From Botryllus schlosseri (lineage: Eukaryota): a DNA stretch of 64,000 bases. The stretch spans positions 41,108,001 to 41,172,000 of the forward strand of contig CM119371.1 in assembly GCA_051294905.1 (NCBI GenBank). Direction: 5' to 3'. The notes beneath the pieces are model-generated. The model did not search any database. It was not told where the DNA came from and saw only the letters and a program-made list of their open reading frames with translations. The translations under genes were made by a program, and so were the position numbers. Positions 12,287 to 24,075 of the stretch are shown here, one piece after another (within the stretch, counting starts at the first letter, position 1; each line of letters opens with the position of its first letter).

Positions 12287-13041
12287 TAACACTCGTGAAT
12301 GATCGGAATCTGGAAGTGGTTTCGATCTCGCAACGGGATGTGTTGAAATTAATCTGTAGCGGAATATGCAACTAGGATTGTAAAATATTGCTGCGTCTGC
12401 TTTCTTTCTGACATTGAATCCAAGATTCTCTTTGTTTACCATTGTGTTTTTGTTTCACTGACATAAAACGGTAAACCTGTGCCTTTTAGAATCATATCCT
12501 AACCTGAAAGTCGCGTTGACGATGTGTGTGCTCGTTTTTGCTTTTTAGTTGATTTTCAATGCTTATTCCAAGCGAGCGGCAAGTGAGTATAGGTCATTTT
12601 AAACCGACTCTTCTTGATTTGTGTCTCTTTTTTGTGAAACGAACTGGTTTCTGTACACTGTTTCTGTTATTGGTCTTATTATCTGCCGACATCAGTAATA
12701 CAAATCTCTTCTCTATATAAAACGAAGACTGCCTTCAAACATGACCCTCTCAGCTCCGACAATGTCCGAATTGTTTTCATTGCGGGAATACTAATTCTTG
12801 TATCCTCCGAGCTACACGCCAACGCGTGCCATTAAATGATGTTAATGTAGTTTCTTTACTTAGATTTGATTATTTATTGTCGAAACTATTATATTGTACC
12901 TGTGTTGGATTCATTGAAATGACCACTTTCTTGGCAGGTTACGTATCGAATTTATCGTTACGGTATTGTAGTGGATAGTGGGATTTATTGGCTGCCAGGC
13001 GGAGGCTTCATCTACGACAAATAGTCTCCGGAGCACCGAAC

Positions 13042-13425
13042 ATGAGTCACCTTCATCGTAGCCTACAGCCTGTGGATTGTCCGATATGTGGCAAGATTAT
13101 CTCCCATAAAACAAACTTGAAAAAGCATGTGCTCGGACACTACGGAGTAAAAAAGTACAATTGCTCTATTTGTGGTCGCACGTTCACCACAAAAATGGGT
13201 TTGGATTATCACATGAATGGCCACAGAAAACTTTCGGATAGAAATACGTATGAATGTGAGGTATGCGGAAAATGTCTACAGTCGAAAACCGGCATGAGGA
13301 TACACATGAAGGATCACTTGGGTATACGAGAGTACAAGTGTGATATATGTGATAAGGAGTTCATTGTCAGGGCTGATTTGTATAACCATATGAAGAAACA
13401 CACGTCTAATAACAGTCATGGATGA
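13042..13425 (+). CDS. 4-finger C2H2 zinc-finger protein
   Basis: MSHLHRSLQPVDCPICGK...; four complete fingers; first ATG at 13042. Confidence 0.82.
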   Translation: MSHLHRSLQPVDCPICGKIISHKTNLKKHVLGHYGVKKYNCSICGRTFTTKMGLDYHMNGHRKLSDRNTYECEVCGKCLQSKTGMRIHMKDHLGIREYKCDICDKEFIVRADLYNHMKKHTSNNSHG

Positions 13426-14449
13426 TCAGGATCAGCAACTGGATTAGGACATACTCGGACATAATGGGATGCGTTGAAGTCTACAACGGCATATGCAACT
13501 CGGACTGGAAAATGGTACTGCGTCGGTTCGCGGACTTCTTTCTAATATTGAACACAAGCTTTGTCTTGTAGCCATTGTGCCTGTCGAATGATATCCCAAA
13601 ATGAAAGCCTAACTGATGAAGAGTGTTCTCTCTTTTTCGTTTTTCTGGATTTTCAGTCCTTATCCCAAGCAAGAAAATTGCGCATGAGTCAGAGCTGCAA
13701 CTTTTGAAGGGTGCACCACTCTTAAAAAGGCTGAAGAACACTGGTCTGACCTACCACTAAAAATATCATATAAAATGACTGATTGGCACAACTTTTTTCC
13801 CTTCAGAAGGAAGTAATTTTTTATTGCCCTGTGTCTTATGTCTTCCAGTATTTTATACTTCAGGTTGCAAATAATGATCATCGATACAGATCGTACTCGA
13901 AAAACCATAATTTTATGGAGATGTGGCTTGCTTTTCTCTCCGGCCAACCATGAGGGACGACTTTTCCTTCAACACTAAAATTTCAATTTCAACACTGTTT
14001 TATAATTCTTAATTTTTCATAACTGCGAACTGTCCTAGTTACGTGTGCTGCTGAAATAGCCTTCATCTTAGCAGCAGGTAAATGAAGTTCGCGGATACTC
14101 GTAGGACTCCTGATGCGTTTAGGCTCCCTCAAACTTGTACTGATATTGGCGCGCGACTTGCAATACAAGCAGCGTATGTGTTTGACATCCTGTGATCATA
14201 ATTGTTTGCATCGCATGTAAGACAGATTTTTTTCTGTCCGGCATGTACTGTCTGTATGTGATATTGTGACAGCTACTTGATACTGGATGTTGTTTATATT
14301 ACAATGTAATTTTGTCTTCACAGATAACAAGTGTTACAGTCTAGTTTATTCAACTTGCATTAGACCACTTAAATTCAACTTGTAGACACTGAAACTCCAA
14401 GAAGAGACGCAGGTCGAAAATCAGTTACGTTCTCTGGGGATTTGCGGAT

Positions 14450-15778
14450 ATGGAATGTCCAATGTGCGGCAAGAACTACAAATAAAATTACATAAAGATC
14501 CACATGCGCAACCACTACAGAATCAAGCCACACGCTTGCTCCATCTGCAGCGAAGGCTTTTCCACCTAGGCAAGTCTGTAACATCACATCCTTTGAAAAT
14601 GCCCCTCCATAACATTTGTCCAGACGTTTAGCAGGGACTTGCTATTGGAAAACCACACCAGTACGCAAGACAATCGCCTATAACTGCAGCATAAAACGTA
14701 TTGTGAACTGATACCGGTAACCCTCAAAATTTAGCGAAAGCGTTATTTCACGTCATACTGGTCGTTCTGGATGAGTTTATGACGCTGTCATTGGTCATTG
14801 GTCACTAGGGCTGTTGAAAAATAACCTTTTTCCATGAATCTTGCTCATTACTTGATTAAATGGTTAGGTTGCCTTAAAAAACGACGCACACCAAATATGA
14901 ATTCATTCCAACCAATATTCGCGGATTTCGTAGAGTTTGAAAATTTTGAATTTGCCTAAAAATGCAAAACAATTTTTTTTTCAAATTTTCCTTCCAACCT
15001 TATGAAATTGTTGCGCTGTCTTCAAAAACGATGGAAAACAAATTTGACTCAATTCCAAGCTGCAGAAGCGGAGTTATTCAAGTTTTTAGATGATAATTCT
15101 GGGATGATCCACCAATCAAGGATAATCCCAGTATTATCAAAGAAAAACTGATATAACTCCACTTCTACGGCTTCGAATTGAGTCAAATTTGTTTTGCATC
15201 GTTTTTGAAGACAGCGCAACAATGTAATGGGGTTGGCAGAAAAATTTGACAAAAATTTTTTTTTGGCATTTTTAGGCAAATTCAAAATTTTCAAACTCTA
15301 CGAAATCCGCGAATATTGGTTGGAATGAATTCATATTTGGTGTGCGTCGTTTTTTAAAGCAACCTAACGATTTAATCAAGTAATCAGCAAGATTCATGGA
15401 AAAAGGTTATTTTTCAACAGCCCTATTGGTCACGCAATATAATTTTCGATACATACATTCCAGAGCAGTTAACTGGCAATGGTAATCCCGCATGTGTCTC
15501 CGCAAATATGTAGACTATAATGTTAAACAAATGCGTCTATTTCCCACCAGAAACCATTGAATTACCCTCCGGTTGGGAACCACTGTTCTAAAGGGAAGAC
15601 GTACCATTGTGAGCATTGCAACAAATCATTTCGCACCATGCGGCATGAAATTTGTTACCAAATCGTATCTGGTTAAACATATCGACATTCGCAATCCTGT
15701 TCCTAGTTATCAGTGTAAGATCTGCAGAAAGAGCTACAATACAAAATGAATCTTAAAGAGCCATATCAAAAATCCTTA
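14450..15778 (+). pseudogene. Duplicate of the decayed zinc-finger gene, with a MITE insertion
   Basis: Same lesions as 9680-10380, plus the 14806-15425 insertion. Confidence 0.75.
14806..15425. mobile_element. 620-bp foldback MITE (hAT-type)
   Basis: TAGGGCTGTTGAAAAATAACC...GGTTATTTTTCAACAGCCCTA, palindromic along almost its whole length; 8-bp TSD TTGGTCAC (14798-14805 / 15426-15433); empty site at 10028-10035. Confidence 0.96.
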
Positions 15779-17329
15779 GTAGGCTATTAGGCAGAAATAT
15801 GACAGCTGTAAGGGCCGGTATGCAATCGGTGTCCTTGGCAATCGTAATCACTCGATGAAGTAGCGTTTACTGACTGAACAACTAACATAAAATGGCTGTT
15901 AGACTTTACAAATGCTATTAATTGATTCTGTATCAAGATCGTTGTCAACGGAACTGCTAATATTTTCACCAGATATTCGTTGAATTTGTGATTTAAAATA
16001 CCGGTCTCTAAAGCGAAGCGAAATCATTTCAGTAAAAGCGTCTGAGAACTTCAACAATGTCCTGCTACAATCGTATGCAACAAAATCTGTTTAGTTACTA
16101 GAGCCCGACCAGCCAACCACTATCAATATATTCAGCCAATATTGAAAAGATATGACATGTAGCTTGAGGCGAACTCCCAAAACTTCAGAGCTTTTACTTG
16201 AACAGTTTCACAACCATCTCTTGGACATAAAATGAACTAGCAAGGCTGCACCTGTAAGCTATAAGAAATAGGGTCCGTGAATATATCTGCATGTGACATA
16301 ATATCGTATGGCACCTCAGCAAGCAACAATTGGGCATGCCAAACTTGAGAATGTGGGAAAAATTTGGGATTAGGATCGGGTATGGTGCGGATTGGGTTAG
16401 GTTTAGATGTAGGTTTGTGGTTACGATATATTTTATTATTTTTGAACAGCCCTCATGCTCATATGCCAAGCGTCCAAAAATAGATCAATATTCCTAGCCT
16501 ATCAGTGTTTTTCATTCTATCGCATGCTCATATGTCAAGCACCCAAAAATAGCCGTCTAGCAGTTGTAGATTATAGTTCTCCTACTACCGTGTTGTGACT
16601 TCTGTGAATATTTTCTATACCGATATTTCTTTGAAAGTCTGATATCAACTTGGTATTATCAGAGAACTGACAATTGGGTAGGTCCTAGTTACAAGCCAAA
16701 TACAAGGCTCTGTCCTCTGATAATCATGAGCATTACTTGATGTTTCATAGCGGTGTGTTTTCATATTGACAGGTTTATATTATGAATCTTGCAATTACTT
16801 GAAATCAGAAGTTATCAGTTATGAAATAATTCTACTTTATATGACTACTCGAGTAGGTTTTGTTGAGTAGGGCTACTTACCATTACCGCAACATCCTGGT
16901 GAGTGGTGATATAAGCCCCTGTAACATTCGATCTTTCTATATAAGTTGTGAAGATGTATATTGTGACTTTTGAAGTGCTTGTCACAAAGTTTTCTTGCTT
17001 AGATGCGAACTAGTTTCCATCTTGTTTTGGTCTGTTCTGAAAATGCTACTTCTTCTGCGACGTATATTTTAGAAGATGTTTGCTGCAATATTTGTTTTCT
17101 TTGTGGTGCTACCATTAAATGGTGTTAATGTAGTTTCTTTACTCTGATTTGATTATTTATTGTCGAAACTATTATCCTGTACCTTTGTTTGGTTCATTGA
17201 AATTGAAATGATTACCTTCCGGGCAGGGTATGTATCGAAGTATCGCTATGGTATTGTAGTGGATAGTGTGATTTATTGGCTGCGACGAGGAGGCTTCAAC
17301 TACGACAATTGTTTTAAAAAACCTGAAGC

Positions 17330-17694
17330 ATGAGTCACCTTCATCGTAGCATGCAGCCCTCGGAATGCCCGATATGTGGGAAGAATATATCTACAAAAAA
17401 AACTTGGAACGGCATGTGCTTGGACACTACGGAGTAAAAAAGTACAATTGCTCTATTTGTGGTCGTACGTTTACGGCAAAAACAGGTTTGGATTATCATA
17501 TGAATGGTCACAAAAAACTTTCGGATAGAAAGACATACGAATGTGAGGTATGCGGAAAATCTCTTCGTTCGAAGCGCGGCATACAGATACACATGAAGGT
17601 TCACTTAGGTATAAAAGACTACAAATGTGATATATGTGGTAATGAGTTCGTTGTCAAGACTGATTTGCATAAACACATGGACACGCACAGCTGA
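17330..17694 (+). pseudogene. Duplicate 4-finger gene with the same A8 frameshift
   Basis: ATG 17330; A8 at 17395-17402; otherwise near-identical to 11922-12286. Confidence 0.8.
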
Positions 17695-18449
17695 TAACAC
17701 TCGTGAATGATCGGAATCTGGAAGTGGTTTCGATCTCGCAACGGGATGTGTTGAAATTAATCTGTAGCGGAATATGCAACTAGGATTGTAAAATATTGCT
17801 GCGTCTGCTTTCTTTCTGACATTGAATCCAAGATTCTCTTTGTTTACCATTGTGTTTTTGTTTCACTGACATAAAACGGTAAACCTGTGCCTTTTAGAAT
17901 CATATCCTAACCTGAAAGTCGCGTTGACGATGTGTGTGCTCGTTTTTGCTTTTTAGTTGATTTTCAATGCTTATTCCAAGCGAGCGGCAAGTGAGTATAG
18001 GTCATTTTAAACCGACTCTTCTTGATTTGTGTCTCTTTTTTGTGAAACGAACTGGTTTCTGTACACTGTTTCTGTTATTGGTCTTATTATCTGCCGACAT
18101 CAGTAATACAAATCTCTTCTCTATATAAAACGAAGACTGCCTTCAAACATGACCCTCTCAGCTCCGACAATGTCCGAATTGTTTTCATTGCGGGAATACT
18201 AATTCTTGTATCCTCCGAGCTACACGCCAACGCGTGCCATTAAATGATGTTAATGTAGTTTCTTTACTTAGATTTGATTATTTATTGTCGAAACTATTAT
18301 ATTGTACCTGTGTTGGATTCATTGAAATGACCACTTTCTTGGCAGGTTACGTATCGAATTTATCGTTACGGTATTGTAGTGGATAGTGGGATTTATTGGC
18401 TGCCAGGCGGAGGCTTCATCTACGACAAATAGTCTCAGGAGCACCGAAC

Positions 18450-18833
18450 ATGAGTCACCTTCATCGTAGCCTGCAGCCTGTGGATTGTCCGATATGTGGC
18501 AAAATTATCTCCCATAAAACAAACTTAAAGAAGCATGTGCTCGGACACTACGGAGTAAAAAAGTACAATTGTTCTATTTGTGGTTGCACGTTCACCGCAA
18601 AAATGGGTTTGGATTATCACATGAATGGCCACAGAAAACTTTCGGATAGACATACGTATGAATGTGAGGTATGCGGAAAATGTCTACAGTCGAAAAACGG
18701 CATGAAGACACACATGAAGGTTCACTTGGGTATAAAAGAGTACAAATGTGACGTGTGTGGCAAGCAGTTCGCCAGAAGTAATAATTTGCATAGACACATG
18801 GAGACACACAGAGCTGATAGGAGTCATGAATGA
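18450..18833 (+). CDS. 4-finger C2H2 zinc-finger protein with a replaced finger 4
   Basis: Paralog of 13042-13425; finger 4 reads CDVCGKQFARSNNLHRHMETH. Confidence 0.82.
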   Translation: MSHLHRSLQPVDCPICGKIISHKTNLKKHVLGHYGVKKYNCSICGCTFTAKMGLDYHMNGHRKLSDRHTYECEVCGKCLQSKNGMKTHMKVHLGIKEYKCDVCGKQFARSNNLHRHMETHRADRSHE

Positions 18834-19352
18834 TCAAGAAACACGTGTCTAATAACAGTCATGGAGGATCAGGATCTGCAACTGGATTGAAACATACTCG
18901 GATATGATGGGATGCGTTGAAGTCTACTACGGAATTTGTAGCTCGGTTTTATAAATGGTACTGCGTCGGCTCGCGGCCTTCTTTCTAATATTGAACACAA
19001 GCTTTGTCTTGTAGCCATTGTGCCTGTCGAATGATATCCCAAAATGAAAGCCTAACTGATGAAGAGTGTTCTCTCTTTTTCGTTTTTCTGGATTTTCAGT
19101 CCTTATCCCAGGCAAGAAAATTGCGCATGAGTCAGAGCTGCAACTTTTGAAGGGTGCACCAGTGCACCACTCTTAAAAAGGCTGAAGAACACTGGTCTGA
19201 CCTACCACTAAAAATATCATATAAAATGACTGTTTCTAGGTTCAACCCATATCTATTCCGATAGACGCTTGATTTTCTGCTTACCAGAATAGAATCAAGT
19301 TTAGCGGCAGCTGCGATAAACCATTTTTAAGCAGATGAATTCAAACTTTCGC

Positions 19353-19515
19353 ATGGGGATTCACGTTCGATCCGCAGAATGTGGATGTGAAATTGTTGTA
19401 AAGTATATGCGGTTGCAAGTTTACCACAAAAACTGGTTTGGGTCGCCATATGATTGATCACAGAGATCCTTTGGATAAAAATAAGTACCATTGTAAGTGT
19501 GCGGAAAATGTCTTG
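19353..19515 (+). pseudogene. Internally deleted relic of the 7576-type zinc-finger gene
   Basis: TCAAACTTTCGCATGGGGATTCAC...GAATGTGGATGTGAAATT matches the 7576 start (MGIHVRSAECGCEI); following sequence resembles 8700-8830. Confidence 0.65.
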
Positions 19516-19906
19516 GTATGATCCTATTGTGTTGCAACTGGAAAGCGGAGAAAAGGTTACTATGAAGTCGCTTTCGAATTTTTAGACTCTGTTATGGTCA
19601 TATGTCGTCACTAGGCATTGTCACAACAACCTCTATTTGATTTTGACCACATTTGTGGCAACTTCTACAGGTATTATGTTTCCGAAAGTGACCATGTACT
19701 CGGTAATGCTATCTGTGTATCTGTTATACTCTACTATATTGAAGCAAAATAAATATTCTTAACATAATGTTTGTGCAACTGTGCATTGACCCCTTGGATC
19801 AACTTACAGCAACTTTATCCCATCACCGGTAGGGCTGGGCCCAATCGATTGTGAATCAAGTGAGCTCGATCACGACTTCACAGATATCTCATTTACACTA
19901 AAGTGT

Positions 19907-20440
19907 CAGGGTTGTTCAAAAATAACTTCCAGTGATTCACTTGCTGAATTGTCAGGTTACCTTGAAAAACCCGGCCCACCAAATTTGGTTCAATTCCAGC
20001 TAGTAGAAACCCCTGCAAAGCCAATTAAATTTTTGAAATTTATCAGGAAAAATTTGAAATATTTTCTGTCAATCGCATGAAAGTGTTGAGTTACCAAAAA
20101 AAAAACATGTATAAATTTTTTTTGTCACTTCCAATTGGCTGAAAGGAATTTATTGCAGCTGAAAGTTATGGATTTGCAAAGATAGCATTGATGGTGGGTA
20201 ATCCCAGAATTAATAATGAAAAATTCAAACAATTCCGCTTCTACGGGTTGGAATTGAGTCCAATTTGTATTGCATCGTTTATGAAGATAACTTGACAATT
20301 TCACGGGTTTGACACAAAAACTTGAAATTCTCTTTTAATTTTTCATAATGAATTAAAATTTGAAATTTGCTCTGCTGCGGCTTATACTGGTCAGAATTGA
20401 ACCAAATTTGGCGTGCAGCATTTTCCAGGGCAACCTGACA
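19907..20440. mobile_element. Degenerate foldback MITE (TAGGGCTGTT family)
   Basis: CAGGGTTGTTCAAAAATAACT start; inverted arm CAGAATTGAACCAAATTTGG...GCAACCTGACAA; right terminus lost. Confidence 0.7.
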
Positions 20441-20499
20441 ATATAATAAGGTAACGGTACTCATCGTGCTCAGGCCTGATCATCGATCACACTGGTGTA

Positions 20500-21197
20500 C
20501 ACTGTGCAGACTGACATAACAAGTTGGCACAAAATCTTTACTTTTCATAATGAAGTCTTATGTTTTCTGTTACGGCATCTATAATGAAGTTTAAATGCAA
20601 ATAATGATCTTCGGTAAAGATCATACCCGTGAAACAATGATTTTATTGAGATATACCTTACTTTGCTCTCAGACCACCCTTGCATGAATATGTTTTCGAT
20701 ACTGTTTTCAAATTTTTAATTTCAATCAACGGAAGATCATTCTTGTGTGTGCTGCTGAACTAGCCTTCATCTTAGCATTGGGTAAATTAAATTCTCAGAG
20801 TTTTGGTGCTAGTTGGCTGCATCAAATTTGTAGGGTATTAAGATTAACACACGAATAGTAGGACTAATAGCAATAAATCTTGGATGTCCTGTGATTATTA
20901 TTATAATTGTTTGCATGTAATACAGTTTTTCTGTCTGAAATGTACTGTATATGTAGCTGGAAGCTGTTTATATTGCAATGTTGTATTGTATTTACAGAGA
21001 ACAAGTGTTATAGTCATAGTCAAATTTATTCAACTTGCATTAGACTGGTTATAGTCAACTTGTAGACACTCCAAGAAAAAAACTCGAGTCGAATGAGTTG
21101 CATCCTCAGGGGATTTGCGAATATCGGATGTCCAATATGTGGTAAGAAAGAGCTACAAAGAACATTACTTGAAACACCACATGCGCAACCACTGTGG
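20500..21197 (+). repeat. Older third copy of the 8990-9745 segment, including a zinc-finger relic
   Basis: Colinear diverged matches (ACTGTGCAGACTGAC..AAGTTGGCACAA, TAGCCTTCATCTTAGCA, TTTATTCAACTTGCATTAGAC, GCPICGKK..CACATGCGCAACCAC). Confidence 0.75.
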
Positions 21198-21199
21198 GA

Positions 21200-21510
21200 T
21201 GGGGGTTGTTCAAAAAAAGATTTTTTTTCAAATCTCACTCGCTTAGTGACTAAATCGTCAGGTTGTCTAAGAAAACGATGCACACCGAATTTGACTCAGT
21301 GCCAACCAGTAAAGGGCATGCAATCTTGAATTGAAATTTTTAATTTGATAATAAAAATTAAAAAAGAAAATTCTCAAATTTTTCCGTCAACCCCATGAAA
21401 TTGTTGAGCTGTTATCAAAGACGATTCAAAACAAATTGGATTCAATTCCGTCTTGTAGAAGCGGAATTATGTGAGTTTTTCGTTGATAATCCCCGGATCA
21501 AGGATAGCCT
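21200..21510. mobile_element. Single arm of the foldback MITE family
   Basis: GGGGGTTGTTCAAAAAAAG...GTAGAAGCGGAATTATGTGAGTTTTTCGTTGATAAT matches the left arm of 45000-45614. Confidence 0.7.
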
Positions 21511-21817
21511 TCACATCGCTTGCGGGCCGGACCAGTCAAAGTATTTCAAATTGTCACCTACAAAAATCCGTGCCGGTGTTTTCATATGAATGCTTTATTA
21601 TCAAGCCTGTGGACGTGATAGTAGATTACATCATAGTAGGCCCACGGATCACGGGGTTCGATTTTTGTAACACCTTCATTCGCAAACAATCAATTTAGCA
21701 AAAGTACGGTGATTGATCGGTTGAATATAGTTATGAAACGGTAAAACAGTGGCTATAACGACAATATAAGCTGGCATATTTCTATGCTCCCTTGGTTTTA
21801 ATCGTAACTCTGATATA

Positions 21818-23342
21818 CAGGCGCGTAGCCAGAGGGGGGTTTCGGGGGTCGGTACCCCTCCTTTAGAAGCGTGACACCCCCTTCTTAAATTCTAAACCCC
21901 TTTCTTTTGAAATGATCGTTCTGACGCTAATGGTCGGTTGCAATTCAATAAGTCGTATTATCAGTGTTGAGTGCGGCCAATTAGCGAAAGGCGTGTAGCC
22001 AATTAGCGTCCGTGCGCGATGCACTGCACAATGTAACGCGACACGATCATCCGCTGAGATGATTGCGAAATTAGGTCATTCATTGCCGCGTGCTCGGCAA
22101 TAGTTGCTAGCCTGATTTGTCGCGTCTCCAACAAGCCTAGTTCCGCTGGCTTGAATAATCTCATCTGCTATAGGCCCGGTGTGCACGATATCATCGCTGA
22201 CCTACACTACCGCATCTGCAAGCGGCCTAGTATACGAAAGATATCGCTAGCCTAACTACCGCGTCTCGGGCCTACCATGCTTTGGCTCATATTTCCCGAT
22301 GGCTCGGATAAAATGGTCGTTAAGTATATGCTGATTAGCGATTGTGATTAAAGAGTGACATCTCGAAACTGAATTACATCGAATGTGCGCAAACATATGC
22401 GACGCGTGCGTACGTACATGCGTAATTGATTTCCGTTAATACTTGAACATAACCATCAAAAGCTGTGTGTCAAGGCTAAAAAGAGGTATGGTTTAAACCA
22501 CCAGAAATCGGCGTCATTATAGCCCGTCTTCCATAAAAACTCATACATTTTGAATTGCGCAAATCGTCGCAGAGGCTATGTAAGACGTAGACGCATTGCT
22601 AAGCGCGCGTATTTAGTTGTTCGAGGCATTGATAAGCGCACGATATCATTGGTTGGCCTACACAATCGCATCTGCAATAGGCCTAATACGAAAGATATAT
22701 CAATAGATCATCATAGCCTAACTCCATCGCTGGCGTAACTATCGCGTCTCGGGCCTAGCATGGTTTGGCTCCTATCAGTCGATGGCTTGGAGACCATGCC
22801 GTTGATTGTATGCTGATTAGCGATTGTGATTAAAGAGTGACATCGCGAAACCGAAAGACATCGAATGTCCGTAAACATGTGCGACGCGTGCGTAATATAT
22901 CTCCGCTAATACTTAAACATAACCATTAGAATATGTGTATCGACTTGAGTTATAAAATAGGACAGGTTTGAAGCACCTGAAATCGGCGTCATTATGGCAC
23001 ATATTCCCAAAAATCTCTGACATTTCGACTTGCGCAAATAGTCGACGAGGCTGCGTTGATGAGCGCGCGTATTTAATTGTTCGACGATTTGATAAGTGCA
23101 GGTATTTAATTGTTGACGACAGATCAGAGAGTCGCTAATTAACAGTACTTCCGGACTCGTCGACAAGCTTATCAAACGCGTATAATCGCGAACACGAGGA
23201 GATTGTATAATGTATAATCGTCATTTACGCATGTACTTAAACCTAATGAATTGACGCTATATTAAGTAAATTCGCAAAACATCGAAACCCCGCCCTTCTA
23301 TTGTAAATCCCCTTCCTTATTTTTCGGCTGGCTACGCCCCTG
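21818..23342 (+). mobile_element. Non-autonomous hAT-like element with an internal ~470-bp tandem duplication
   Basis: TIR CAGGCGCGTAGCCAG / CTGGCTACGCCCCTG; perfect 8-bp TSD CTGATATA (21810-21817 / 23343-23350); no transposase ORF. Confidence 0.92.
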
Positions 23343-24075
23343 CTGATATATGCGCACATTGGAGTTTGGTCATCAACATTAATTCGTGATTCGAGTTTTA
23401 TGGTGGGACCCTTTGAGTCAAAACTGATACAGAGGTGCGACACCATATATTTGAATCTTAATTAAGTGACTATCTTACTCTCAATGGAGCATGATATATG
23501 GGTTTCGCATTAGCCTTTTCGCTTTTGAGAAGAACTTGGGAATTGGGTGTCAATGTCAGTGACTTGGTTGCTAATGGTGACTGGAGTGAAACCAATTAAC
23601 GCTGTCGGATGATTATATTGCGGCCTATAAACATAATTTAACATTTGTTGCCTCAAAGGATAATAGGCCTATAAGTATTTCCCAATTCACTAAAAACTGC
23701 TTTGTGAAATCGTGTTGCAGGCGGTCTGTTTGACACCCCTGCTCTAAAAGTTCCGTTGTATAACCAGCCTGACACGAATTCGTTGTCAAATTTTAACCTC
23801 TCTCTTTACAAATCCCGCACTGAGTAGCGTATTTGTATAAATATACCAGAGTGGTAATTTCGCTATTCGCAAACTAATGGGGTACTTTATTTAGATCCAT
23901 TCCATACTTTCATACATAAGGCACAAACTTGACTCGAACTCGGATGTTTTCTGTATCACCGCCAAAACGTTCCCAGGACCTCTACCGACCATTCTGAAGA
24001 AAAGAGAGAGGCATAGAATAACATAGAACAATTTTTTATCTCTACTCGAGATAGTCAATACAATATTCCCTTAAT

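Larger units (their letters stand above)
9012..13781 (+). repeat. Tandem segmental duplication, unit 1
   Basis: Near-identical to 13783-19232; junction reads ...AAATGACTG-A-TTGGCACAAC... Confidence 0.95.
13783..19232 (+). repeat. Tandem segmental duplication, unit 2
   Basis: Copy of 9012-13781 plus a 620-bp MITE, small indels and a locally divergent patch around 18430-18980. Confidence 0.95.
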
